DNA of 64,000 nucleotides from Hormiphora californensis (lineage: Eukaryota; Animalia; Ctenophora): the NCBI GenBank assembly GCA_020137815.1, contig CM035353.1:2294001-2358000 (forward strand). Direction: 5' to 3'. The notes beneath the pieces were generated by a model. That model was not told where the DNA came from. It searched no databases and saw only the letters and a list, made by a program, of their open reading frames with translations. Shown here one piece after another: positions 11,592-25,200 of this stretch. The translations under genes and the position numbers were made by a program. The stretch's first letter is position 1. The number at the start of each line of letters is the position of its first letter.

Positions 11592-14500
11592 TTATTTCTG
11601 AACCTTCTTCTCTTTTTTCTTCTTTTTCTTTTCCTTCTTTTCCTTCACTGGCTTCACTTCATCCTCCTCAATTGGCTTCTCTGGCTCCTCCTCCACTGCT
11701 TCCATAGCTTCATCCGCTGCTGCTACTTCCGCATCTTCATCCGCTGCTGCTGTTTCCATCTCAGTGTCATCTGCTACCTCCTCTCCGACCTCTTCCTCTC
11801 CCATATCTTCCTCGCTCTCTCCGTCAGAACGGAACACCTCTTTAGGAGCTGAGGTAATTGGTTTGTTAGGGTTAGCATGATATATCTGAAACCAATCATG
11901 ACTATAATTCCAATTGCTGCATCTGCCACAGGTAAAACACGATATAAAATTAGGAGCTACTATTCATTTCTTACTTTTGATAGTGTTTGAGAGTTTTTGG
12001 AACCTCGCCACAAAGAATCCATCCATGTTGTGAGTGTGGGGGTAGTATCGTTTGGTGAGGGACACACTCGGATCAAACCTATACTTGTTTATCCTAGGAG
12101 AGAGAATTGTGATTGGTCACCCTCCCGGTCTGGTAATAAGCAATAGACAATAGTAGAACGGTGGGGGCACAATTACAATTACTGACTAATTAAAAACTAT
12201 CTCGTATCCTAGTAAATTAATTACTAATTAACAAGTCTCACCTAGTAAAGCCATCCTTTCCAATGTCAACACCAAGTGGCACCAGTTTCACATTTCTTCT
12301 CTTCAGGGCATAGTCCACCACCCATTCATTCTCTTGGATCATGACGCTGCACGTCGAGTATACTATCACACCTGAGGGGGGGGGGGGGGGGTGGAGTATA
12401 TAGGGGGGATATAGAGGTTGTTATGATTACGAAAAGAGGGTCGAGCTAGGCAAGGGAGGGGAGAATTCGATAAGGGGAGCTAAGCTGGGAGTGGATGAAC
12501 TTTGAAATTACAAGTGAATCTAACAGTGCACTAGATGTGGTCTGATTTCTGAATGATGAATATACCTCCAGTTTTGGATGTGTGGTCACATGAATCAATT
12601 GCAGCCAATAGAAGCCTTTTCTGGGCCTCCGCAATTTTCAGGATTTCATCCTCATCTTTCGACTGCTTCACACTCGCATCTTTACTGACCTATAAAGTAG
12701 AAGAATGATAATAGAAGAAAACTTTCTCTTTATCCTGTCTCTTCTTCTTTCTTCTCTTCTCTTTCTCTCTTCTTCACTTCTCTCTTTCTCTTTCTTCTCT
12801 CTTCCTCCTTTCTCTTCCTCTTCTCTTTCTCTTCGCTTTCTCTTGTTCTCTTTACTTCTCTTCCTCTTTCTCTTCTGTCTCTTTCTCTGTCTCTTTCCTT
12901 ATCTTTCTCTTCTCTTTCTCTTTCTCTTTCTCTTTCTCTTCCTATCTTTCTCTTTCTCTTCTCTTCTCTCATCCCACTGGCTCCTCCTCTCTCTCTCTCT
13001 TTCTCTCTCTTACCACTCCAGTTCCAGAGCATGGTGCATCCAGAAGGACCCTGTCGAAACTTCCCATCACTTTGGGGAAGGCCAGACCATCATAGTTACA
13101 AACGACAGCATTGTGTACACCTAAAGAGGGAATTCAAAAATAACATCATGTTTGACTTTGTAGATGGATTGCAAAAAGACGTTAAAGTCCATTTTTATTC
13201 AACTGTTCACCCCTCAACTCGTGCGTGTGCGATATTTTAATTTACGCTGTGCACGCTACACGTTAACATGTGATAAACGCGCAAAACAATTCCGCGCACG
13301 ACTTTGGGGGGTCAACAGTTGAAAAAAAATGGAGTATACAAAATGATGTTACAAAATGATGTTACAAAATGTTACCAAATGTTCCAAATGGTGTTCAACC
13401 CTACCCTTTCCGTGCCTAGTTCTTCCACCACTTACCTAGCAACTCCTTGTTAATATGCACCTACCTAATCGGTGAAGATTAGCAGATAAAGCCTTGGTCC
13501 TCTCTTACTAGCATCATTCGGACACCTGAATTTGTAACAAAATTGTGAGATTTTACTGAAAATTGTGAGTTTTTTCACCAGTAAATCGATCAAATGAAGA
13601 GGGTAAAAGGTACAGAACATTGTTACGCGTGAGGTAACAGTTGATCCGGTGCAGCAGTGTGAGATACACACATAAGCTGAAACTTGGTATGTTCTAACCC
13701 TCCTTTACATTTAAAAAGGGGCAACACAAGACAAGCTGTAACAACTTACCAGCATGCCTGTGTTTTTCATAAGCGCTGCTATATAGGCACTCTTTCCACC
13801 GGGGGCTGCACACATGTCCAGGACTCTCTCGCCTGTGAAATATAGAGGGATTAGGTGGATATCGCTCAGTCTCCCATGTCTGTGTCTGTGGGAATTATAT
13901 GAATGACAAAAACCAATAATTATTTCATTACTTGATCAAACATTTTGTTATAATGTCGATCAAGGAAAGTAAGTAAGTTTATTTTGTGATCGTAACAACA
14001 ATATATTCACTAGATCATGGGATCAACGGGCTGAGTTCCACTCTAGGAGTGGTAACCATAGGAACTCTAGGAGTGGTAACCATAGGAACTCTAGGAGTGG
14101 TAACCATAGGAACTCTAGGAGTGGTAACCATAGGAACTCTAGGAGTGGTAACCATGGGAACTCTAGGAGTGGTAACCACGGGAACTTATCGGGCTGAGTT
14201 CCACTCTATAGCCTATAGGAGTGGTAACCATAGGAACTCTAGGAGTGGTAACCATGGGAACTACCTTATTAGTATCCAGACACATATCAGTATTGGCTAA
14301 ACAATGTATCATATGGGTAGAATATGTGCGTGTGTGGCAAGGATTCGATAAGTGATACAAGGGAATGGTGCAGAACAAGGTATAAAACACTTCTCAAAGA
14401 TTCTGAAACATATCAAAATAGAAAGTATGTAATCATCACATGGCATGATAACTGTACTTCTCACTCGATAATGATAATACGTTGATAAACAGTCAGTAAC

Positions 14501-15478
14501 ACATCCAAATAAAAACTGTCAAAATGTTGGAAATTATCCACGATAACAGGGAGGAACATCTTGGAACAGTTCTGTGTAGCTTGGTGGTGGGGCTTCACCA
14601 CCCAACGATGACGTCATGATAAATGATGCTGGTTGCTGTGGTAACGGTTGCTGTGGTAACGGTTGCCCCATTACTGGTTGCTGTGGTAACAGTTGCCCCA
14701 TTACTGGTTGCTGTGGTAACGGTTGCCCCATTACTGGTTGCTGTGGTAACGGTTGCCCCATTACTGGTTGCTGTGGTAACGGTTGCCCCATTACTGGTTG
14801 CTGTGGTAACGGTTGCCCCATTACTGGTTGCTGTGGTAACGGTTGCCCCATTACTGGCTGCTTTGTCGGTATATTTCTTGATATTTCAATGGCTGGCCCC
14901 CTTTTTCTCATGGTTGGTTGTAGACCCGGTGCCTCATTTGTACCTGATGGCCTCGTTAGCACCTCACATGTACCTGATGGCCTCGTTAACACCTCACCAG
15001 AGGCCTGCCCCGGCTGCATTGTGATAACGAGGTCTACCTGGGCGGGTGCAGGTTCCCTACCATTGTATACCACACATGGGCCGTCAATCCACTCCCCACA
15101 ATTACTACAAATTGAAGAACAAGTTATATTAAACTTAACAATGATTGAGTAGATGGCAATACCAAGTCCAAACGCCAACCAAATAGCCACAAACCCAAAA
15201 AATGTTATGCCCCCTGAATCGTCTTCTTCACTGGACCGTTTTTCCATGGCTTCTACCAAGTTATAATGAAACATATCAAGACCAGATAGTGGTGAGGTGA
15301 TGCGGCATGTTGTCAAAGATGCGACTGTCACTTGTGTCACTTTTCACAGTGTAGGTAAGCTCATAGCTTGGATTTTGGAAGAAGAACACTAAAAATGCAG
15401 CAATAGTTTAAACAAACACTGAAAGTGAAGTGTGTAGATCAAACACGTACAAAGAGGGAGATCCCATGCATTAGAGAT

Positions 15479-15560
<82 letters not shown>

Positions 15561-15588
15561 GACAGAGAGAGACAGAGAGAGAGAGAGT

Positions 15589-15620
<32 letters not shown>

Positions 15621-18611
15621 AAGAGAGATGAGATAGCTCTATCGATAGAGAGATAAAAAAGATGGGGAATAGCACATGTATCACATTTACCGGGCCCCGA
15701 TTTACAGGGAGGATTTAAACCCTTTCCCCCGATCCTCCCGGTAAATCGGGGTCCGACTGTACTATACCCAGCCAAAGTGATTCTCACTCTCCCATTTTCT
15801 CATCCCAATATAACGGGCTGTCCTCTCCGCACGTGATGTTATGTGATACTTGTTTTATGCTTGTGCAATGTGCACTGAGCAGCCACAGCAAAATCACAGA
15901 CCCCCTCAGAATGCAGTGTGGCACAGTCGTAAGTGATGATTTTTCTGTCCATCTCACTTCGTCTCACTCCTTTTTTATTTAATAACCAGTTTCTTAAAAG
16001 AATCTGGTGATTAAGTAGAAAACGGAGAGAGAATTCAATTAAAATTGAATTCTAGTACTGTTGTTTTTCTATCAAAATACCTGGTTTAGCATCAAGAGCC
16101 ATGACTGGAACGAAACTGCTAGCACCTTGAAGCATGTAGTGACCGGCTAGGTACTCAGGCGTAGCTCCAAGGGGCACTGCTGTGTTATAGACAACCAGTC
16201 CAACCTGCGAGAGTTGTGGGTGGGGTGATTTAGGGTTTAGTTGGGGATACCGGAACTCTGTTCCGCCCCATATATGGGCATGTAAGAAGGACCCATATTT
16301 GGGCATCTAAGAAGAGAGTGTGAGTAGGGGGACAGTGAAAGATTAACTACCTTGCTCCATTTTCCTATCGGGTCTAAGTTGACCCCTCTGGTAATGAGAG
16401 CCTGTGCAAGATCCCTACGCCGGGTTTTTAGTGAGTTGGCTCTTATCGTTACTGGTCTCTTCGTCTCCTGAGCATCTGCAGAATATAATATGTTTTATTG
16501 AATCTCAAATATATAATACAGTCGGACCCCAATTTAGTGGCATCCTCGGGGGAAAAAATTCCTGCCACTAAATCGGGGTGCCACTAAATCGGGGTCAAAT
16601 AATGTTAATTTCCTATATCGGGAAAAAAAATCCTGCCACTAAATCGGGGTGCCACTAAATCGGGGGCCACTAAATCGGGGTCCGACTGTATGTTAAAACC
16701 CGCGTAAAAACATATAGTTAGAAGTATGTATAGTAGTTTGAATTGTTCTTGAATGCCCACGATCGGGAAATATACCAGGAACCGACCAAAACAAGTAAAC
16801 AACCAATCAGAACTCGTTATTTAGGTCACGTGACTGGTTATCAGCCAATCAGGGACCAGTCTTTCTTGATTTGGTCGGTTCCTGAAATATACCTAAAAGA
16901 TCAAGAAGTTCTCCAAAGGGCATGAGTTCCACAAGGTGGCTCATTAAGAACTCGTTATAGTCGTAATAGAGGCATAGATCACTCAACAGCAAACTGAAAA
17001 CAAGGGCATATTGTGACGAACATAATATCAGGGATAAAAGAGTAGCTTCTCTGTCAAAATTTCTCTCCAACCAGGAGGTTAAATTTCAGATATATATATT
17101 TGGTAATGCCACAGTGTCCCACTATACCTTCTGTACTCCTTCCTCTTCCTGCCCTCTTCCCTGAGAGTTTTAAAATCTGCCAAAACACCGATGATACCCC
17201 TAATTCGCTCCATCCTTTCGGTAGGTGCCATTATCTAGAAAAACATGATTTTAGGAACCGGCAAAATTAACCATGGCAACTTAGTGCAGCAGCAGTAGTT
17301 ACAATTTGTACTCCACAAAGTATGAATCAACAATAGAACTGAGTAGAGTACTGATCAGTAGAGTACTGAGTGGAATTTTGATAAGTATAGGTCGACTGAC
17401 CTGGTTTTGTTCCTCTGCCAATTCCTCCTCAGTGGGAAGGGTGAACAGGTGAACCTTCTTTGCTGCTTCCTGCCTCTCCTGTTCATCTTTTTTATCCTCC
17501 TGGGGAGAGATGATCGGGTATTCTCGGAAAAGTGAGTTTAGAGGATAATCGAAACAAGATAATTAGTTCAAGCTCCAGGTAACCCTGTCGAGCAGATTCA
17601 CCAGCATCACCTTCATATATACCAAGTAGATATTAATCTGTTTTTTTGTTGACTCGGTCGACAAATAACAAATGAACACCATGTATTCGGTCGACAAATA
17701 CAAAATGAACACCCTGTACGGGGGGGGGGGGGGTTGTACCTCTTCCTGGTCCACTGCCTCATCGTCATCGTCATCTCCAAATTCATCATCTCCAGATGCC
17801 TCCACACCGAAGTCATCATCCACAATTCCCATGTCATCATCATCATCACCTGCCTCCTTTAGCCAGGACTTGTTATCAGTGAAACCTAGATGTATGGGGG
17901 AGGGACTTGTTATCAATTAAACCTAGATGTGGGAGGGACTTGTTATCAGTGAAACCTAGATGTGGGAGGGACTTGTTATCAGTGAAACCTAGATGTGGGA
18001 GGGACTTGTTATCAGTGAAACCTAGATGTGGGAGGGACTTGTTATCAGTGAAACCTAGATGTGGGAGGGACTTGTTATCAGTGAAACCTAGATGTGGGAG
18101 GGACTTGTTATCAGTGAAACATAGATGTATGGGGGTTGTGTACTAAGATTTAGAGTTTTGCCTCTACGAATCGCAGTACAAACACACCTGTCGCCTTATC
18201 CAAAAGTGTTTGTTGTAGCTCTTCTAACTCATCCAAATTCTGATCACCCTCCACTTCTTCCTCTTCTTTCTCCTCCTCCGCAGGAGCGGCTGGTAATTCC
18301 TCTACCACTTCCTCTTCTTTTGGTGCTTCTTCTTCTTCTACCAGTTTGGGTTTCTTTTTTGCCTTCCCCTCTTTCGTTTTCCTCCGCTTTTTGTTTGGTT
18401 CTTTGTTCTCTGGGGGGATTTGGTAAAAAAGGTAACAAAACTGCGTGAGATATTACTTAGATTCACACCAAAACGTGGGGAAACCCGAAACAGGATCGAA
18501 CAAGGCAGTACCTGTATCATTTTTGAGGTGTTCTGGGTCTTGCTGTCGTTTGGCCTTTTTACCGGGTCCTTTCTCCTTTCCAATCAGTGACCTGTCCTTG
18601 GCTCGACCCAT
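11592..18611 (-). CDS. NOP2: NOP2/NSUN1 rRNA m5C methyltransferase, about 15 exons
   Basis: [14 protein letters not shown] start; GFTDNKSWL; [18 protein letters not shown]; [13 protein letters not shown]; [13 protein letters not shown]; [16 protein letters not shown]; [15 protein letters not shown]; acidic/basic tail. Confidence 0.93.
14040..14260. repeat. 24-bp minisatellite CTCTAGGAGTGGTAACCATAGGAA
   Basis: About 8 units inside a NOP2 intron. Confidence 0.9.
14534..15274 (-). CDS. Intronless single-pass membrane protein with [10 protein letters not shown] repeats and a PPSY motif, nested in NOP2 intron 13833-16080
   Basis: TM segment [25 protein letters not shown], juxtamembrane Cys cluster, 30-bp coding repeats, C-terminal APPPSY. 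Start is ATG 15274 or 15247. Confidence 0.7.
   Translation of the reverse strand: MFHYNLVEAMEKRSSEEDDSGGITFFGFVAIWLAFGLGIAIYSIIVKFNITCSSICSNCGEWIDGPCVVYNGREPAPAQVDLVITMQPGQASGEVLTRPSGTCEVLTRPSGTNEAPGLQPTMRKRGPAIEISRNIPTKQPVMGQPLPQQPVMGQPLPQQPVMGQPLPQQPVMGQPLPQQPVMGQPLPQQPVMGQLLPQQPVMGQPLPQQPLPQQPASFIMTSSLGGEAPPPSYTELFQDVPPCYRG
16519..16688. mobile_element. Tc1/pogo-like MITE (TIR CAGTCGGACCCC)
   Basis: TA on both flanks, internal TAAATCGGGG repeats. Partial copies at ~15685-15760, ~25245, ~49435. Confidence 0.85.
16776..16884. mobile_element. 109-bp hAT-type MITE
   Basis: 8-bp TSD AAATATAC. Confidence 0.9.
17865..18130. repeat. 33-bp tandem repeat of a NOP2 3' splice junction
   Basis: Seven intronic copies of GGACTTGTTATCAGTGAAACCTAGATGT plus the genuine junction at 17885. 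Confidence 0.9.
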
Positions 18612-19081
18612 AGCTATATATCGTGAGAAGGTTAACGTTAATTAGAAATTACAAAAGATGGAGTGAGTCAGAGATGATTTGGGAATTGGGTGGGAATGGT
18701 TTGGATCGGGAAGGTGTAGTCTCAGCCCCGCGCGGAGAAAGGGGTACCCCGTGCGGCGCGAAAACACTCTCTTCTCAGTAGTAAGGAGGATTTCGCGCGC
18801 TACGTAAAGTAACTTAACTTCGAAGTGAAACTTGCGTCAGTGGCACACAGTACCAATATACGTAATATCTAACTAAACCAGTCTAAAAAAGGCGGCTAGA
18901 TAAGATTGATTATCCCAAACTAAGATATATTGGAGGCGGGGTAATGAAAACTAAATCATCTAGACATCTAAGTATACATGGCAAAAGAAAATTGATATAC
19001 AGGCGACACAGCAACAAACAGAATATATTATGTATTTACACGTATGCTAACCCCACACACCCCGCTCCCCAATTATTTTCC

Positions 19082-19915
19082 TCACTCCAACCTGAGATCT
19101 AATATTTTCCCAGATATCCCTGCTAGCTGTGGGGTCCCCTGAAAGACCGATACGCTCTTGTCCATTGCCGCACAAACGTCAACTAGTGTCCTGTCCTTGA
19201 GACAAAGCAAGTAGAGGGCTTTGAGGAAGAGGTCTAGTTGGTGGATTTGGTCCGTGTTAAGACGGGATACTTCATCCGCAGTAGATGGGAGGGTGTAGAT
19301 CAGTGCACAGGCTACCTCCATCACCTAGGGAGAGAGGAGGATAGAGATGGAGTGGGGAAGGATAGAGAGATAGAACGAGGGATAGGAGTGGGATAGATAA
19401 AGATAGATCAAGGAGAAGGATAGATAGAGATCGAGCGAGGGAATTACAGTTAAATCGCTGTTCACCTGGTCAGGAGAGAGGGTAGCACCAGCAACATTAT
19501 AGGTTGCTCGGGCGATGTCTATAGTGGGGCCCTCTCTAATAAAGAAGGTTGTTCGTTTACAAAGTCGTTCAATAAACTCCCCATCGACACGGTCTATCTG
19601 GTTTAAACCTGGAATGACGACAGGTAAGACTATTGATTTGATATTTTATCCTCTTTATAGAACACATCAACAGGTTGTTATGTTCTAACCCTCCTTTAAG
19701 TTTGTAAGCTTGCGAAAAGAGGGTCGAGCTATGCAATCAACAGAATCGTTAGGTTTATTTGGGGGGAGAGTGGGTGACTTAGTACCTGCAATGAAGTTAT
19801 TACTCAACAGGTTCAAAGCGGTATCAGTATCCAAACTATCAGCAACTCCAGACACAATCAACTCCCTAACTCCAGTACAGATTTCAGGAAAGGTAAGAAG
19901 GAGCCGCATGAATCC
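19082..19915 (-). CDS. PUL/ARM-like terminal exons (~19915-19783, ~19608-19466, ~19324-19082), probably the 3' end of the DeSI gene
   Basis: ARATYNVA..DQVMEVACALI..FLKALYLL resembles the C-terminal helices of PPPDE-PUL proteins. Linking exons near 20-20.6 kb are unresolved. Confidence 0.55.
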
Positions 19916-20079
19916 TGAAAACAATCTAACGTCAAGCCTCGATGTAGAGGAATATCCTCGGGGAGTGTACTTTGATTGTAAAACAATGTTTCACCCAAAT
20001 ATCATCTCTTTGCCTTAACTACAGGGGACAGGGGTTAAAGGTTATAAACCCAAGTACAGTACTATGCTTTATATGTTGT

Positions 20080-20194
<115 letters not shown>

Positions 20195-20715
20195 GAGAGA
20201 GAGCTGAGCGCGCTCGAGAGCGACATCGATCGAGGAGACAGTACGCTCTCTCCTACGCGGCTCAGCTCTGCGCTACCTCCTCGACGCGGTCTCATCGTCG
20301 ATCCTCTCTTGGCCTCTCTCGAGTACTCTCGTCTCTCCTCTCTCGCCTCTCTCTCTCGATCTCTCTCTTTCTCTCTCTCGCTCTCTCGTCTCTCTCGTCT
20401 CTCGTCTCGGCTCGCTCTCCCTCTCGCCTCTCGCTTCTCTCTCGAGGCACCAGAGCTCTGACCTTGAAGATTCTCTACCGAGAAGAGAGCTTAAATATCA
20501 TAATGATATTGTCCACTGCCCAAGAGACACAACAAGCTGTGGATCCTTGGCAAAGATCTCTCCGTACGTGTTACTTTTCTGTGTTGCAAACAAGTAAAGG
20601 ATTTTATTTCAGCGGGTATTAATTTTCGCGATTAAATAAAAAAAATCGCGAAAATTAATTCTATATGATATAATTCCTCTCCCCCCTCTCTCTCTCACTA
20701 TTTCTATGTATTACT

Positions 20716-21070
20716 CAGGGCTGGCTCCAGCCCGATATTTCTGGGGGGGGGGTGCAGTGGCCGAAGGCCACTATTCCCTAATGGTAGCATTTGCGACCGG
20801 AGCGCCCGAAGGGCGTGTAGGGAGCTCCGCCCAGGGGGGGGGGTCCAGGGGGCGAAGCCCCCGGAAATTTTTTAACTAAATCAAGCAAATTTTAGGGATT
20901 TTAATCATTTGTGACGTCTACTTGTGATCAGTCAAAAATTTTACTGAAAATTTTGTATTTTTGGGGTGGTTTCCCAATCCAAATGGTCTCAGACAGTCTT
21001 GGCAGCTTCGCTGCCAAGAATTTTTGGGGGTGTGTGCACCCCCCGCATCACCCCCCTGGAGCCAGCCCTG
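20716..21070. mobile_element. hAT-type MITE (TIR CAGGGCTGGCTCCAG)
   Basis: 8-bp TSD GTATTACT. Confidence 0.9.
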
Positions 21071-21217
21071 GTATTACTCTCACTCTTTCTTTTGTTCTTA
21101 CTTTCTTTTAATTACATATGAGCTGTAATGAGGATTCTTGTGTGTTGTTCGTATTGCAAATAAAACAGGTTTCTCAATAGGATGAGAACATGCGACCTCT
21201 CACTGCAATGTATCAAA

Positions 21218-21875
21218 ATGATGATGCTTCTTGTGTTGATTCTTTTGCAAAATCCCACGCTAGTTTCCGGTGATTCGATGCAGTTGAGGATAACTAAAGT
21301 GACAGCAAGAAGTGAAGATAAGGTTGAAACAGGTCAGTATGTACCAGAAAACGTTATCGATAACGTAATGTCTACAACTTACCTGTCAAGCTACGCAAAT
21401 GTTGCGGAATGGATTAAACTAATGCTACCCCTTGGATCACATGTTGAGAAAGTTGTCATTATTAGTCATTGGTAAGTTCCAGTTACATATTTGTCGTTTT
21501 GTTTGAGAATCTATAGACGTGTAACTTACGCAGCGTAAGCCATTACTAGCGATAGATACTAGATAGCCTTATTAGTTATTATGATAAAGTGTATATGATC
21601 CAATAGGTTTATCAATCATGTCAAGGTTCGGAGACTCCTTGGGACACAAGTCTCTCTCATTGGGGCAACACTCAACACGACATGTGGGATCATCGACTCA
21701 GTTAATTCTGATCGTTCGACAGTAGAAGCCCAGACCTACACAGTTCCCTGTCCTGTTACCAAAGAACCGACCCTCGCAGTCTTTCTGTACGATGACGTTA
21801 TAGAGGAATCCTGGGACAAAAGCCGCAATCAAAATGTCATGGAAATTCCAGAGGTGATGGTGTACACACGATTGT
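21218..21875 (+). CDS. Secreted galactose-binding-like (discoidin/F-lectin fold) protein; exons ~21218-21471 and 21607-21875, 3' end unresolved
   Basis: Signal peptide, then ENVIDN..EWIKL..VEKVVII../RRLLGTQVS..TCGII..YTVPC..MEIPEVMVY. Confidence 0.65.
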
Positions 21876-22238
21876 GTAAGTTCATGTTTCAATGCTCTCA
21901 TTTGTTTCTTCTTTTGACTGACCATCATTGTATACTCCACTCACAAACGACTATTATACACAAACACCTCACTTCCCTGTATTACACAGCATGTATATTG
22001 TGCATACCCCTACTGAATTCTTTTCGATGGAACTAAGATATGTCAGAACTCAGATATCAGTACAAGAATATATACAATCTCTTAGTTCTCACATATATGT
22101 GAAACTAAGAGGATGCTTACATATTATTATGTTTTTCTTTGGGTATTATAAAATTCGTTTGTGTATAATTTTTTGGGGAAGATGGATGGGGAGGCCTTTG
22201 TCAGCGCCCAGCACAGTGAGTATCGTTATTTGACCTAC

Positions 22239-25200
22239 CAGATTTATGGGAGAGGGAGGCGATGGTTCTTGCGAATACAGCGGCATCTTTGCCCCGTACA
22301 ATGGGTAATAACCTGACGTCATCTGCAGTTATTGGACCATTCTGGACAGTCGCAGCGAGTCCTTTCTCAACCTGAAAAGGGAGGGGGTTAGATTAGGGAT
22401 GGCCGATGGGGTGATATAAAAGAAAGAATTTTAGCTCTACCGGTAGACAGAGTTATTGGGGGGAAGGACGAGAAGAACAGAGAGGGAGAGGTCAATATTA
22501 GAGAATGATCAAGAGAGATATATTGTATGGTTAAACAACACAAGCACACACACATATCATTGATTGCACATTTGCGAGGTTGGCCTCATCGAGTAACGGC
22601 TGTTTATCCTTTTCTCTCTCTCATATTATCTCTAGCACTCAGGTCTAGTCTCGTCGTTCATTTTCTTCCCACCTATTTAATATTATTGAACACGTCTTGT
22701 TAAACACCCCTTCTTGTGATGTCCAGAATTATACTTCTTTCCCTGCTCTGTCTCGGCTGCTTAGTGGTGGGAGACGTTGTTGAAGTTCGTGCTGAAGACA
22801 CTACTGAAGCGGCAACCGAAGCCTCGAACACGACAGTAGCGGCTACCGAAGCCTCGAACACGACAGTAGCGGCTACCGAAGCCTCGAACACGACAGTAGC
22901 GGCTACAGAAGCCTCGAACACAACAGTAGCGGCTACCGAAGCCTCGAACACAACAGTAGCGGCTACCGAAGCCTCGAACACGACAGTAGCGGCTACCGAA
23001 GCCTCGAACACGACAGTAGCGGCTACCGAAGCCTCGAACACGACAGTAGCGGCAACAGAAGCCTCGAACACGACAGTAGCGGCTACCGAAGCCTCGAACA
23101 CGACAGTAGCGGCTACCGAAGCCTCGAACACAACAGTAGCGGCTACCGAAGCCTCGAACACAACAGTAGCGGCTACCGAAGCCTCGAACACAACAGTAGC
23201 GGCTACCGAAGCGTCGAACACAACAGTAGCGGCTACCGAAGCCTCGAACACGACAGTAGCGGCTACCGAAGCCTCGAACACAACAGTAGCGGCTACCGAA
23301 GCCTCGAACACCACAGTAGCGGCTACCGAAGCATCTGCCTCTAACGACACTACAACTGCTGCAAATGAAGTTGAGGAGGTTGCCACTGAATCTGCAGATG
23401 GGAATGAGACTGCGACCGATGCACCAGACACCACGGCCACGGCATCAGGGTCTGCGTCAACAGGGGCATTTACAGTACCCTCCTCAGAGGGACCAGGAGA
23501 AGCTCGTGTAGAACCAGCACCAGAGGCAGGCAAACAATATGTAAGTTATCTTTTGAATTTTCTTCAAAAATGTTCTAACCCTCCTTTACACTGCTCTTAG
23601 TGGAAAAAAGTAAGGAAAATGGCAGTGATTCCTTGCACTTTACATGTGACGTGGTGTGCACAAATAAGAATAACAGATCGTAAACCCACTGATTCGTTAT
23701 TTCAAATGTATGAACACATTTAAATTTTTGTTTCACCACCCATCCAAAACATTTTCAGGACAGCGGATGCTCCCGTATGTTTGGGGGAACTATAACGATT
23801 CTTCTGGTGGCTGTTTACCTTGCATGATAAACTGGGCAATGGATTTTCCACATTTTTGAACTACCATTTTTGCATGAAGTGTGTGCGATTCAAAAAGTTG
23901 GTTTGATCGTTTCTAAAAGTGTTTCACTCGTTGTATGACTAGGGACAATGTAATGAACAGGCAAACAGACAATTTGATTTTAAGAAAGTACCAGAGTGTT
24001 CAATCATATAAAACGGTAACTAAACTACAATTAATCCTGATCAGATCTCATTATAATAATAAACTACAAACCTCATCTAGAACACTCTGATCCCGTTTCG
24101 TCAGCTTCACCTCGCTGAAACATGGGAAATACATGTTGTTCTGCTCCCACGATCCTAACGACATGTGGACTGTACCATTGGCCCTGCCCCCTGCTCCTGT
24201 TGTTGAGGACCCAGTAGTGCTGCCTCCATTGGCAGCAATGGCTGGTCCAGTACTTCCGTTCATAGTCCTTGTCCCGTGACCATCTGTCGGGGCTACGTTG
24301 CTCATCTTTTCCAGGTGGGGCCTGATGACCAGGGATATTACTGGATAAATATCACATTACAACAAGGGTCCCATGAGGCCCAACTACGAGAGTTAATTTT
24401 CTGTCAATAAATAGTGAGCTGTTAAATCAGCCCTTCCTCGTGCACCCCCCTCTATTTGGAATATACTTGGTACTGTACCTTATTAGAGGTCCCATGGGGG
24501 ATGAAAGGACACGCTGCGGTAACTTGACGATGTTTTCATCAATCCCCTTACCAACAAGAAACTTTGCAACTTCGTCACTGTGGTAAACAACATTTGAGTT
24601 CAGGAAGTAATTTTGATATCTCCTTCTGGAGCTGATACACACTCACACGCCCTCTGTAACAACAGATGAATGGGGAATCTCACACATACACGGACTGATC
24701 TCGGTTAAGGAGAGATTGATTTGTCATTCTGAAATTATTCAGAATAACATTTGAGTTCCTCTCATTATTTTCATCACCATCCCAAAACGTCCCCAAAAAC
24801 GATGTTTTCTGTTTTCCGGGACCCCAACACCCCAGACGAATTACATTTCCAGCTAATAGTGACGAGAAAATATATCACCTGTCTCTCGAATAATAGTATG
24901 TAATTCCAACTTGCAATTATATTCTCACCAGGAGATTCTCACCTAAAGTTGTTGCAATTATTCTCAAGGAGATTGTACGCCGACCCATGGAACTTTCCTC
25001 CACTATTCCCTATCAGATACTCCTCAAACACGTTCTGTTAAGGAAGCCATGTTATTAAGAGGAGAAGGGGGGTAGAGACACACGTTCTGCAGAAGCTAGG
25101 GGAACTGTTATTAAGAGGAAGAGAGGATGGGGGGGGGGCGAGGATGGTCGAGAAACACGTTCTGCAGAATTTATTTAATAATCAATAGTTGAAAAAGAAG

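Noticed and set aside
14616-15152. Cys-rich metallothionein/keratin-associated-like ORF
   Set aside because: Antisense shadow of the Q/P repeats of the minus-strand gene.
22700-23533. 277-aa hydrophobic repeat ORF on the minus strand
   Set aside because: Antisense of the mucin-like gene, which has a signal peptide and splice support.
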